Below are positions 49,569 through 62,500 of a stretch of 64,000 nucleotides of DNA, in pieces. How positions within the stretch are numbered: position 1 is the first letter of the stretch; each line of letters begins with the position of its first letter. Position numbers and translations under genes: made by a program. The notes beneath the pieces were generated by a model that was not told where the DNA came from, searched no databases, and worked only from the letters and a program-made list of their open reading frames with translations. The stretch is from Eledone cirrhosa (Eukaryota), in contig OZ024741.1 in the NCBI GenBank assembly GCA_964016885.1, positions 208,010,001-208,074,000 on the forward strand. Direction: 5' to 3'.

Positions 49569-49802
49569 CCGTATTTCTCGGCGCCGAAGACTCTTCGTCC
49601 TCGAGGACGCACCCTAATTTTGACAACCAAAAATTTGAAATAAAATAATTGTTTCCACTTTAGGCACAAGGCCAGCAATTGACCAGTGCATTACCGGTAA
49701 TTTGAAATAAAATAATAAACAGCCTCCGGTCTCCAGGAAGCATAGAGATTTTTGAGACTTATTTTAGGAAAAAAGTAGCGCCTTCGACGCCGGGAAATAC
49801 GG
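49569..49802. mobile_element. Tc1/mariner (Tc2-like) MITE
   Basis: Imperfect TIRs CCGTATTTCTCGGCGCCGAAG / CTTCGACGCCGGGAAATACGG; TA on the left, TG on the right. Confidence 0.7.
49650..49698 (-). mobile_element. Short SINE 3' fragment nested in the MITE, with an 18-bp target-site duplication
   Basis: GGCACAAGGCCAGCAATT..CCAGTGCATTAC resembles the SINE ends at 57725 and 57898; AATTTGAAATAAAATAAT occurs at 49632-49649 and 49699-49716. Confidence 0.65.
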
Positions 49803-50044
49803 TGGCTTTAGTTCTATCTAGATGTATTTACGTTCAGTTTTGGGCAATTGCATATATGAATATCAAAAGTGAGAGACCCTTTGATAGGTGTGAGGCATAA
49901 TGGACTGTATAGGTTTGGTTATTATTGCATTTAATCGAGTTTATTATTGCATTTAATCGAGTCATTTTTATGTGAAATAGACGTGTAACTTCACTAATGT
50001 ATTAACTGTGGTTCTCTTCATATATATTTATGTTTATGTTTAAT

Positions 50045-50060
50045 GTAACACACACACACG

Positions 50061-50091
<31 letters not shown>

Positions 50092-50135
50092 TATATATTT
50101 ATATACACACACACATACATATATATGTTTATACA

Positions 50136-50199
<64 letters not shown>

Positions 50200-50370
50200 C
50201 AGTATATATTTATATACACACACACATACATATATATGTTTATACACACACACACACACACATATATATATATTTATACACACACACACACATATATATA
50301 TATTTATACACATACACACACATACATATATATATATTTATATACACACACATATATATATATATATAAT
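50045..50370. repeat. Higher-order (CA)n(TA)n-TTTA compound repeat
   Basis: Iterated units of CA run, TA run, TTTA. Confidence 0.93.
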
Positions 50371-51294
50371 ATTAGGGATACTATTTATGGTTATGTATAT
50401 ATTAAAACTTTTTATAGTTATGTATATTTTAAACCCTAAACAGTGAAGGTCAGTAATTTATTACTACCTGATTACCAGTAAGATAAATAGCTCAATGTAA
50501 TAACATCAGTTGTTCTACAGAGCATTAATTCCCCTTAATTACACACATACTTCCGGGTAATAAACCGCTGTAAATTCTCGCAGCAGAATCAACCTATTCT
50601 ATAAACTTGGATTAAATAACACTGAGCCTCAATACGCTAAAATAATTTATTTTAATGCATCAAACATTCAATACGGAATCATCGTTACTTATGTGATGGA
50701 TGTAGAAACTATAACTTACATTTTCTGAATGTGAAAATGATGGTGGATACGAAAGCCATAACTTTCTTTTGCTTCTTCTTTTTATTTTTATTTTTCTGCA
50801 CACATACCTTTTTGTTCTATACAAAATATACCTTACCACTACAACCACCATAGTAATCTTGCTTACCCGCTTAAAGTGCTTGCATTACGTGTAACACCCT
50901 GCCACACAATAATAGTATAAAAATGAGAAATAAACATGCATGACCCACGTGTAACTAACGGATACACTACCTACTAGACCTGACTATCAAACTATCCTCT
51001 TGCATTATCTGTGTTATCTGCCGAATGTATTTTAATTTTTATTTTTATTTTAATTTTGATTTTGATTTTGATTTTGATTTTGAATTTGAATTGCTGTACA
51101 AAAATAGTATAGTATAATATATGCCACTTCACTGTACATCAATATATATATATGTATTTGTATGTCTCTTGCGTTGGAAAGGAGGTCAATTATGTGTAAA
51201 ACATTGAAAAATGCTCCGAAGAATCCAGTCTAGGTTTGGATGAAACAATTGTAAGTGAATAAATGCTTTCAACATAGCTTTGATTCTTGTGAAT

Positions 51295-52214
<920 letters not shown>

Positions 52215-52947
52215 TGTTAGATGATAGGTAGGTATTTCAACATATATATATATACATTTGCATATAATTTGTCTTCGTTATGTGTGTGTGGTAATTTTAG
52301 TAGAGGTGACGCTGGAACTTTTACGCATTCTTACGTTTCTCAGAGAATATTAAGCTGAACGTAATATGCCAGGAAGCACGGTGATACCAATTTTTTCCAT
52401 TTAATTACCACAATTACACACTCGCACTCACACACGTGCATATACACACACAAACAAACATACATATATCAAACACACACACACATATATACATATATAT
52501 GTATGTGTGTGTCTCTGTATTTGTGTAAGTGAGTGTGTATGTATGTGTATATGTGTGTTCACGTATACACAGCCATTTCTAGGAGAAAGACACGCACACT
52601 AACTCACACAGACGTAATAGGCTACACCACTCACATAAACCTATAGAGATTTCTTCGAAATAATTATTTCTAACTTAAGCAAAATACCAATTATTTGACG
52701 GTGGGATGGAGTGATTAGTTGAGAGAACATAGATGATCTAAATCTCAACATAATTGGAATATTGTCTCATTATGACTATAACTGTGAAAGACAATTTCCG
52801 GATTTGAACCTATAAAGAAGTGAGGCGAAACAAAATATTTTAAATATGTTTAAGTAAGTAGACTTTTTCTAATCCGCTATTCAATACGTTAACTCGATTT
52901 GCTAGAAATAGTTGCCAAATATCCTCCAAACTACCCTTAACATACCC

Positions 52948-52999
52948 TTGACTATAGGTGTGTTGGATCAAAACTTTGATCCAACACACCTATAGTCAA
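52948..52999. repeat. Perfect 25-bp inverted repeat with a 2-nt loop
   Basis: TTGACTATAGGTGTGTTGGATCAAA-AC-TTTGATCCAACACACCTATAGTCAA. Confidence 0.93.
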
Positions 53000-53914
53000 A
53001 ACAATAACAATAATCTGTGGGATCTTTTAACTGGGCTAACAAGAGAGCCTCCTAGTGGTTGCTTGATCTGCTAGAAATCGCAAATAAAACTATCTTTAAA
53101 ATATTAATTTTGCGTTAGATCAGAGGTTCTCAAAGTGAGCACTACCGAGCCCCCCGGAGGGTAGTGGCATAAAGGTCCAGTGGGACACGGGAGTCTAAGA
53201 GGGCGCTTGGGTAGCCGTAGAGATGATATCATAGTATATTAAATAACAAATGATGCATATCATATATAAATATAGTAAAATAAAAAATATATAATATATA
53301 TTTATTTATACATAGTATATATTATATTATTTATTATATATTAATTAACAATTTTATTATATATTGTTTACAATTTGCGTGTAGGCAGATCTCTCTGGAA
53401 ATAAGGTTGGGGGGCGCTGAGGGTATTATGTGGTCGTGTGTGTGTGTGTGGGGGGGGGGCAAAACCTTTGCGAACCTCTGCGTTAGATAATGATGCAGTT
53501 TTAGATATACTGCGTGCAGTATAGACGGAGTGGTCACAAATGGAATGTCTTTGATCATAGGTCTGCTGGATCAGATCTGACATAGGGCTGGGGAATAATT
53601 AATAGTCGAGCATTAATACATGTCCAACCATAAACTTAAACTACTGATGTTTTCTCACACCTTCATATGTACACTCAATTCGTTTAATGAAAAATATTGG
53701 ATTTTACAAAACCTTAAATCACCAAAAACCTGCCTAAATACTAAGACAGACATTTTTACCAGTTGCCCACACATGAAATCACACTTGCTTTCCAGCTCAT
53801 ATAAACTTAACACACTTTCAGATACTTATCCTCCATAAGCTCTTATTCTTCACTTAAATTATTCTCTTTAAAGACTACTCTTTCTGATTTACTTTCATTT
53901 TTAACCTTATTATT

Positions 53915-54212
53915 AATTTTAATTTTATTTTTATTTTTATTTTTATTTTTATTTTTATTTTTATTTTTATTTTTATTTTTTTTTTTATTTTTATTTTAAT
54001 TTTTATTTTTATTTATTTTTTTTTATTTTTTTTTTTTATTTTTTTTTTTATTTTTTTTTTTTTATTTTTTTATTTTTTTTTTTATTTTTTTTTTTATTTT
54101 TTTTTTATTTTTTTTTTATTTATTTATTTATTTATTTTTTTATTATTATTTTTTTTTATTTTTATTTATTTTTTTTTTTTTTTTTTTTTTATTATTTTTT
54201 TTTTTTTTTTTA
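53915..54212. repeat. ~300-bp T-rich tract, (TnA)n
   Basis: Poly-T interrupted by single A residues. Confidence 0.95.
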
Positions 54213-55591
54213 CTAGTACCCCCCCCCCCTTATCCTTCGATTCACTTACCTAATATCTTCACTTTCCACTTTTTACTTCCCTATTTTCTTTACTACCTGA
54301 TTACATAAGTCACTTGCGTTTTCCACTCCAGATATTTTCTGTTATTTCGCAGCCAATTTTATATTTTTATATTTGTACTCATTTATTCATAAGACTGCTT
54401 TACACCCTGTATCTATGTGTCTGAGCGTCTTTATGCGTGTATACGTTCTGTATATGTACACGAACGCCTCCGTATGCGCGGGTGCGTGCGTGTATATATA
54501 TGTGTATGTATGTGTGTTTTTATATCTGTGTTTATATCTATGTTTTTTACATTCTTATTTTTATGTGTGTGCGTGTAAGCGGGTCAATGTACGTGAATAT
54601 GTTTGTGTATGTGTGTATATATGTATTGTATGTACGGATGTGTATGTGTGCGTGTATATATATATATATATATACAGTCGCGTACGTACGTGTGATTAGA
54701 TATACATGGGGCGATATGTATGTATATGTATACGTGCATCCTGTGTAAGTATGTACGCATGCATACGCTTTTGTCTGTACGTATTGCGTGTATATATATG
54801 TTTTCTTATAGATATATGTTTTTTATAGATATATGTGTATGTACGCGTGTATCTTCTTTTCTTTTCTTTTCTTTTCTTTTCTCTAGTGTTAATTGACTAC
54901 TTTCTCTTTCATTTAACATTTTTTTTCTTTCTCACATATTGTTTAATTTTTATACATATATCGAGAATGACACTTTTAACTATTACACTCCCTTCCCCCT
55001 TTATCTTCCGCATATAAGTGATCGCGCGTGTGTGTGTTTTTATACGCGTGCTTTCATATTCATATGTGTTTCTAATACCTGCTTCTGGATTCGTCTCAAC
55101 TAGATTATATATATGTGGTTACATATATGTATATGTGGTTACATATACACAAATATACTTGCCCTCATATATGTACTTACGCACACATGTTCACCATACA
55201 CACGCATTTTTACATACATACATATGTACATTTGTGAGTGTATACATATACACACACCTAACTATATTTCCTTATATTTTTTATTTATTTTTTATATATT
55301 TTATATGTCTATTGCATTAACTTTATTTATATATATATATTTTTTTTGCATTTCTTGAGGAGACTTTCCAAATATTTCACTATGTTTTATATTGCCTTGT
55401 CCGACGAACGAATGAGGACGTTTCTTTCGTATTCGTCTTATTCGGGAAACCTCTGGTAATGAGGTAATTATATTGTATTGTTTATTATACATTAAATTTT
55501 GCTCTGGTACTTACATAGAACACTCTTCACTCCTATGACTTTTTCAATTCCAACGGAAACTTCAATACATATATATATTTATATATATATA

Positions 55592-56283
55592 TAGGAAAAA
55601 GTTTAACACGCGACCGCCCTCCAGCCTACCATCTCAATCTATTCCCGTCCACCGCACGACCAACCCGCAGCCGCCTTCATCCTCCTCCTCGACACCCACC
55701 GAGAGAAGAGCAAAGAAAACGAAACGAACGACACGAACGGCGCAAACCGGCCGCCCGACCCACGCTCGGACGTCGAGTCCGACGCCAACGCTACAGCCGA
55801 CGCCAACGCTACAGCCCCGGTAGCGCCAATGTAGGTAAGGGAAGTCGGCAAAATGGATCCGTACCTTCGGAAGAAGGATTGGCTCCGAGGACCGGGTCGG
55901 TCGAGTCGAGTGTGTGTCGGTCTGTTGGCCGTCTCCTGGTTTTTTACTCGGGTCGGTCTCGTGGCACGTCTGTACGCGAAGCGGTGAACGGGTACGGGGC
56001 TGTAGCGTTGGCGTCGGACTCGACGTCCGGGCGTCGGTCGGGCGGCCGGTTTGCGCCGTTCGTGTCGTTCGTTTCGTTTTCTTTGCTCTTCTCTCGGCGG
56101 GTGTCGAGGAGGAGGATGAAGGCGGCTGCGGGTTGGTCGTGTGGCGGACGGGAAGAGATTGAGATGGTAGCTGGAGGGCGGTCGCGAGGTTAAACTTTTT
56201 CCTATTACCCACTCTACTACCCTAAGTATTGAGTACTCTGGTGCGTCATAGTCCATCTGGTTCCTTACCATACCTCCTTCGTT
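55592..56283 (+). mobile_element. Hairpin + tail element, copy 2, carrying 28S rRNA-derived sequence
   Basis: Inverted arms 55592-55819 and 55995-56204, a spacer containing a 28S motif, and the shared tail 56205-56283; TA-flanked. Confidence 0.75.
55827..55890 (+). pseudogene. 28S rRNA conserved-core fragment
   Basis: CAATGTAGGTAAGGGAAGTCGGCAAAATGGATCCGTACCTTCGGAAGAAGGATTGGCTC matches the conserved eukaryotic LSU segment preceding expansion segment D8; no rDNA context around it. Confidence 0.88.
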
Positions 56284-56329
56284 ATATATACATACATATG
56301 CGCGCACACATAAATACATGTGCGTTGGA

Positions 56330-56570
56330 CCTCTGTTGGTTCCGGCGAGGAATGTGTCTGTTGCTGGAACAACGGAACAGTCTGCTCATAAAATGAACGT
56401 GCAAATGGCTGAGTATTATACCACAGACATGAGCACCATTAACGTAGATCTCAAGCGGATTCTACGTAACAAAGCTGACCTTTTGAACTACAGATACAAC
56501 ACATTTTTGCCAGGGAAACGACTATAAGGTCATGAGCCCAACATCCTAACCACTAAGCAACGCGCCTTTA
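56330..56570 (-). mobile_element. Degenerate SINE-like remnant
   Basis: Resembles, from memory only, abundant octopus SINE body sequence (GGCTGAG..CCACAGAC..TTAACGTAG..CATTTTTGCCAG). Confidence 0.35.
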
Positions 56571-57714
56571 CACATAAATTACTCATTCGCCCTGTCTTCA
56601 ACTATTCACCACTCAGTGTCGGACATTGAAAGTTTTGACGCAACCTTCATGCCTGTGCACTGGGGTTTTAATGTGCGGTGCAGTGTGCACATAACCAGCT
56701 CCACTCTAAACCTGGAGTCCGTCTGTTATAGCCAGGCAAGCCGGGACGGTGACAGCGAGGATTTGGGGTTATAGGATTTACTTTGAAGTGTCCTTTTTCT
56801 AGACAGTTTCCAGCCAAGGCTGAGGTGTCTACCTCTCCTTAGACGTCGGTTAGGTTTGAAACCAGGCAGACTGCTTCCCAAAGCTGACGAGTCCCCGCCT
56901 GCTGGTTTTGAGGAGCCTGAGAATCGCCTTTCACACTTTTGCCGTTTATGTTAAACAAGGATCGGTGCTAGATGCCGAACATTAAGAGTTTGGTTAGAAG
57001 CTGTTGGAGATGCTATCCATGTGGGGCATTTAGTACGTCAAGGTTGGCTCAACTCTTTTTCCCACACCAGTCAACCTAATCCTTTCACCTACCACTCAAT
57101 GTAAACAGACAATTAATCCATTTTTATTTTGTAAATGAAGCTCTGAAAATTAGGATTTTGGGCCATATGTTTTTTTCAAGACCATCAACAGTAAATATAA
57201 GAACATTTTTGTCTTGGTTAACGGCCGAAGTTTGAAAAAGCATAAACTTTAGTTTTCATCATTCTAAACGTTGTCAGAAGTTGAAGGAACAGTTTATAGA
57301 TTATAGGGTGTATTTTTCTTTTCCTCTTCTAATTGTAACATTTCAGAAATTGGTAGAGACCATATATAGGGAGACAATTTCTATAGGGTGAACTGATTTA
57401 TTTTCTGTAGAAACTTTTTAGACATTGGAAGTGAAAGTTATTTCATGTCAACTTTTTGAAAACAACGGACGAATTTCGATATACTGGAAGATTTAAAATA
57501 CAACTTTCTAAGAACTGGGATATTTAAAATACTTCGGTATGGAGTACTTTTGCTTACAACACACGGATATTTCACATTGCTCTTTCTGTCAGGAGTTGCA
57601 AACGGTACACAGTAGCAGCAATGAGAAAACTAAAGGAAACATTGTTCCCACACGGGAATGTGGTCGGATCTTGTCGATCGATTCGATTCGATATATATTT
57701 AGTAATAATAATTG

Positions 57715-57865
57715 TTTCTAGTTTTGGCACAATTATCCCAGTGCATTACTGGTACTTTATTTTATCGACCCCGTAAGGATGAAAGGCAAAGTTAACCTCG
57801 GTGGGATTTGAACTTAGACCATGGCCTCCGACACTCTACCAATACTGCCAATCCACCGCCCTCTT
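57715..57865 (-). mobile_element. tRNA-derived SINE remnant (Deu/Nin-like central domain)
   Basis: CTGGTACTTTATTTTATCGACCCCGTAAGGATGAAAGGCAAAGTTAA followed by GGGATTTGAAC (reverse-complement B-box); duplicated at 57958. Confidence 0.75.
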
Positions 57866-57884
57866 TGATCATAGTAATAGTAAT

Positions 57885-58100
57885 GGTTTCTTATATAGGC
57901 ACAGAGCTAGCAATTTTGGGGGAGGGGAAAGTCGATTAAATCGACCCCAGTGCGTGACTGGTACTTTATTTTATCGACCCCGTAAGGATGAAAGGCAAAG
58001 TTAAACTCGACGGGATTTGAACTTCGACTAAAAGGGTCGTAACTCTATGCTGCAACGCATGGCGTCCGATCCTCTAACGATACTCCCAGTGCACCACCAT
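57885..58100 (-). mobile_element. tRNA-derived SINE (same family)
   Basis: Same central domain and B-box-like GTTCAAATCCC on the minus strand; (AAT/AGT) tail on the left side. Confidence 0.75.
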
Positions 58101-58140
58101 CTTTGATCATAGACTAAAACCCGAAGAGGGCTTGATAAGG

Positions 58141-58142
<2 letters not shown>

Positions 58143-58204
<62 letters not shown>

Positions 58205-58233
58205 CTGTACATATAATAAATATATATATATAT
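58143..58233. repeat. (TA)n microsatellite
   Basis: TA runs. Confidence 0.95.
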
Positions 58234-58560
58234 AAATGAGAGTGTCTACGTGTGGCTAATTTCTGAGATATTGAGGAAATTCGAAAATATGTATGCTTGT
58301 CGGAGGAATTCACCTCAATGCAAATAACTATAATAAGGTATTTGAAATAAGTCGGTTAAAAGTGGACAGAAATGCCTACAGGGACCGAAAAAATACTCCT
58401 GACCCTTCCACATACATTTATTCCGAATTGAAATAAATCTCCTTCACATACACAATCTGAATAACCGGATACTTTGAAGTTTCTACCTTTCTCCATCCCA
58501 CGTTCTTCCTTTAAATGCCATGTACATATTCAACCATTTATCCATTTGTCTATCTATTTA

Positions 58561-58563
<3 letters not shown>

Positions 58564-58656
<93 letters not shown>
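58564..58656. repeat. (TC)n microsatellite
   Basis: Pure TC run. Confidence 0.98.
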
Positions 58657-58658
<2 letters not shown>

Positions 58659-58690
58659 CACATACACACATGCACACACATATATATATA

Positions 58691-58825
58691 TGAAAAGATT
58701 CAGGACCCCGACGGCTGAGCCCCGGCCATTTCGACAGCTAAGATCCGAGTTCGGATTACCCACTCTATTAGCCCAAGTATCGAGTACTGGTGGGCTATGG
58801 TCTAGCTGGTTTTTCTCACACCCTA

Positions 58826-58829
<4 letters not shown>
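58691..58829 (+). mobile_element. Hairpin + tail element, copy 3 (right arm missing)
   Basis: GAAAAGATTCAGGACCCCGACGGCTGAG...TTCGACAGCTA matches the left arm of copy 1; tail TTACCCACTCTA...GAGTACT..ATGGTC; TA-flanked. Confidence 0.65.
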
Positions 58830-58868
<39 letters not shown>

Positions 58869-59016
58869 CAGAAATAGATATAGAGATAGAGTGAGAGAGG
58901 GAGGAGATTAGATATTACTTATTAAGATATAGCTCCGACTTGAATGAAATCAAAACCAACAGATTTTCTCATTTGTTATGGAAACGGCATACACTTAATC
59001 GTTGGACAAAGAATTG

Positions 59017-59084
<68 letters not shown>

Positions 59085-59126
59085 CTCTCTTTCTGGCCAT
59101 CTATCGATCGAGTGATCTCTTTAGCC

Positions 59127-59202
<76 letters not shown>
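59127..59202. repeat. (TATC)n microsatellite
   Basis: CTAT run. Confidence 0.98.
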
Positions 59203-59203
<1 letters not shown>

Positions 59204-59432
59204 CCATCCTGTAGGTAAAGAAGTGAAGGAGAGGGGAGCACCTTCTTCATGTGCTCCCCGGGCAAAGGATTGCACACTTCTTCGGGGGGGGGGGGTGCAA
59301 CCCCCATCACGTCCCCTCCCTTTTGAGGTTGTTTTCGATTATTTTCATTTTATACCCTTTTTACTCGGTTTTATGTAAACTCCCCCTTTGTATTTGTCCC
59401 TTCTTTTTATGCCTTTATGGTAAATAAAGAAA
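59203..59432 (+). mobile_element. Tx1 copy J: heavily 5'-truncated D-subfamily 3' end, within (TATC)n
   Basis: Closely matches 23477-23703; TATC on both sides. Confidence 0.94.
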
Positions 59433-59457
59433 TATATCTATCTATTTATCTAACTAT

Positions 59458-59599
59458 CGAGAGTCAAGTTGAACGGCTACCTATGGGAGACGTTCGCAAT
59501 CACGCATTCCATTCGACGGGGATGCCCTCTCTCCTCCACTCTGTTCGTATTGACTCTAGAGCCACTACTGCGGAAGTTGGAGCTTTTGCACGGCATCCC
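59458..59599 (+). mobile_element. Tx1 ORF2 RT fragment
   Basis: Matches the RVKVNGYL..RSIRQGCPLSS..LEPLLRKL region. Confidence 0.88.
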
Positions 59600-62500
59600 T
59601 TTTTTGTAAATTTCTATTAAAAAAACTGAACTAATTGTTTGAAAAAACATATCATTTTGTAGATTAACCCCCAAGCTGAATTATCAGCTGGGTGGTAATC
59701 CCATTTTTCGCCCGAAAATTTAATTTAAAAAATTGTTTAAAAAAACCAAATTTTGCCGACTATAAAGCACGAATAGCTCGAAAAGAACGCTAGAGAACGT
59801 CGACAGAGAGAAGAGAGGTAAAGAGGCAGATATTAACGTTATATCTGCTTCTGCTACTATGGACGTCGCCATAGATGCGACTGTCAACAAAGAGAAAAAA
59901 ATATTACCACTTGAAGATTTTAAAATTTCTACCGTCGAAGCGTAGAAAAATAACACAAAACATACACAGGAAAAGACAGGAATTAAACCTATTAATATAC
60001 ATACACATGAAAAATCCAACAACAACAACTCCATAGATACATCTACAGATAAAATTTCACCTCGTCAAGCAATTGCGATTTCCAACACCGAGGTTAACAA
60101 CGCTAACAACAACAACAGTAACACCACAAAAAAATGTCTTTCGCTGAAACAGAGAACAAAAAACAAGATTTTATAAATCTTGACATCTCCAATGCAAGAG
60201 ATATGCTCCAGCAAGGGAGAAAATGTGTAACTTTCGAAGACAAGGGTGGGTTTAGAATCAACACACCCCTCAAAATAAAAGAAAAGACAGTTCGAAGGAC
60301 AGTGACCTCCAGGACTGTCTCAAACACAACGAGAAAGCCAATATTTGTGAGTGAAGGAGATATAGAAGCCACCTTGAAGGAAACTCAAGAAAATATTGAC
60401 TTTCTTCAACGAGGAAAACAGTATGAAAGTATTTCCGTACTTTTTAAAAGCGAGGCACTCGCCCAAAAACATTCTGTGACACCAATGGTGTCAAAAACAT
60501 TCACCCCTTTCCCTACGTACATCGGAAAAAGGACACAAGAAATAAAAATAAAAAATATACGACCAAACATTAACATCTGGTGGATCTTGGCTGGGTTCGT
60601 GGAGCCAGAGACTGATGCTATTCTTTCAATACGAAAGTCTAATTGACAAAGGTGGGCGGGTATTGATTTGGAGATTCTGATGCAGATGAAGCCCGAGAGA
60701 ATCTCCAAAATACCCGAAAAATTGGTCATCGACGACAACAAAAAAATGAACGTTTCGGTGGAGGAGTGTAACCCTCATTGCTTTCGCTGTGGTAGACCAA
60801 CACACCTAAAGGCCTCCTGTCCTTCGCAAACACACCACAACAACATCATTAAAAAAACTCTTTTACCAACACCAACACCAAAACAACCACCACCACAAGT
60901 ACAACAACAGACGAAACGAGTAAATACACCAAAACAAACAGCCACACAACGAACAACAACAGAAAAAACACAGACAACACCCCTGAAGAACACAGCCCCA
61001 CCCTATCCCACTCCATCAAACACTACCACAAACACACACACCGAAATACCATCACCACACAAAATACACCTACCCCACACTCCTGACGATGATTATTCAT
61101 TAACAGATGAGGCTGCTTCTCCTTCTTTAAGTGAAGAAGGAGAGCCTCGGAAATTTAAAAAAACAAAAAAAGAGACACCACAAAACCCCCAAAACTCCAA
61201 TCACCCACACCAACACACAACCACAGACACAAACAACAACACAAACAACACCACAGTCAAACATCCCCCTACCAGCAAAACCAACACCAATACAACCCCA
61301 AATACAAGCACCCACCATAAAAAGAAAACTCCCGGACGAACAACAAACTAAAACAACAACAAAAACACAAACAACAATACGCATACATCAACACAAACAA
61401 CAAGAGTTTGATGGATGTCATCTCCCAAAACCCCAAGGTGGAGACGGAGGGCAAAATTTTCGTCAAAGCAGAATCGTCTCCACACCTAAAACTAATAAGG
61501 GTTTCGATAGAAACCTATCAGAAATTGAAAGATTTTTCGCAGGATGTTGGCAACCCCTGTCAAAAACCTATTAACCACGTCTTATAAAAATGTTTCCCCA
61601 CCCCACCCAACACCCCCACCAGAACTGAAATGGAGAATGAACAGCCCGATCGAAAAGGTAAGTACACCTTTTCGTCCTTTTCGCCAACTCTTCTCCACCA
61701 ACATGGCTAGTTTACGAGTTGGAAGCGTGAATGTGCGTGGCCTAGGGATGCCCTGGAAATAGGGCCAATTTTGAACGACCTTAAGTCATACGGTATGGAT
61801 GTGATAGCCATCACCGAGTCCAGGATCCACAACAGACATCAACTAACCCCCATCTTCGACGACTTTGAGATCTACGCATCTCTCTGTCAGCCAGGACGTG
61901 GAGGGGGGGGGGCTGTCATGTTTCGGAAGAACCTGGACGTCGAAGTACAGCAAGTACACTTGGACCCGGAGCGTAGACTGGTAGTGCTAGACGTGAACAG
62001 TATTGGAGGTGGAGCCTTCAGACTGGTGGCCGTTTATGCCGCGACCGAGCAATCGCAATCACGGCCAGACTTCTTTAAGCGTCTAGAGTCTTTTCTGGGA
62101 ACGTCTCATCCTTATTTTTAGTGGGGGAGTGGAATGGTAGCCTAGATGCACGATGGGACTATGTGGGAGCATGTCCAAGTAGAGGAGGGTGCAACAGCCT
62201 TAAAACTTTAATCGGCCAATTCCAACTGGCCGATAGGTATCGACTGGATTTTCCGACTGCACCACAGTGGACGTGGTCAAACCGCAGCGGGACATCTAGA
62301 TCGTCTTTAGATAGATTCTTCATTAGAGAAAGGAACAGGGAGATGTTAATCTGTCCACGAATGCACATGGTTGCTTATTCAGATCACAAATTAGTCGTCT
62401 GCATAGTCAACCGTGACAGAACACATAGACAGGGACCCGGATACTGGAAGCTGAACGTGTCGTTGCCGGCACGTAAAGCTTACAGTGAACGCATAAGTAG

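Noticed and set aside
49919-49962. 22-bp direct repeat, two copies
   Set aside because: Simple local tandem duplication with no spacer; not CRISPR-like.
53121-53220. hAT/Charlie-like terminus CAGAGGTTCTCAAAGTG
   Set aside because: No matching second TIR or 8-bp TSD found.
55827-55890. Functional rRNA gene
   Set aside because: Short isolated fragment with substitutions and no surrounding rDNA unit.
55634-56319. 192-aa and 226-aa minus-strand ORFs
   Set aside because: Antisense to 28S-derived, GC-rich inverted repeats; EPILLPKVRIHFADFPYLH is a typical spurious rRNA translation.
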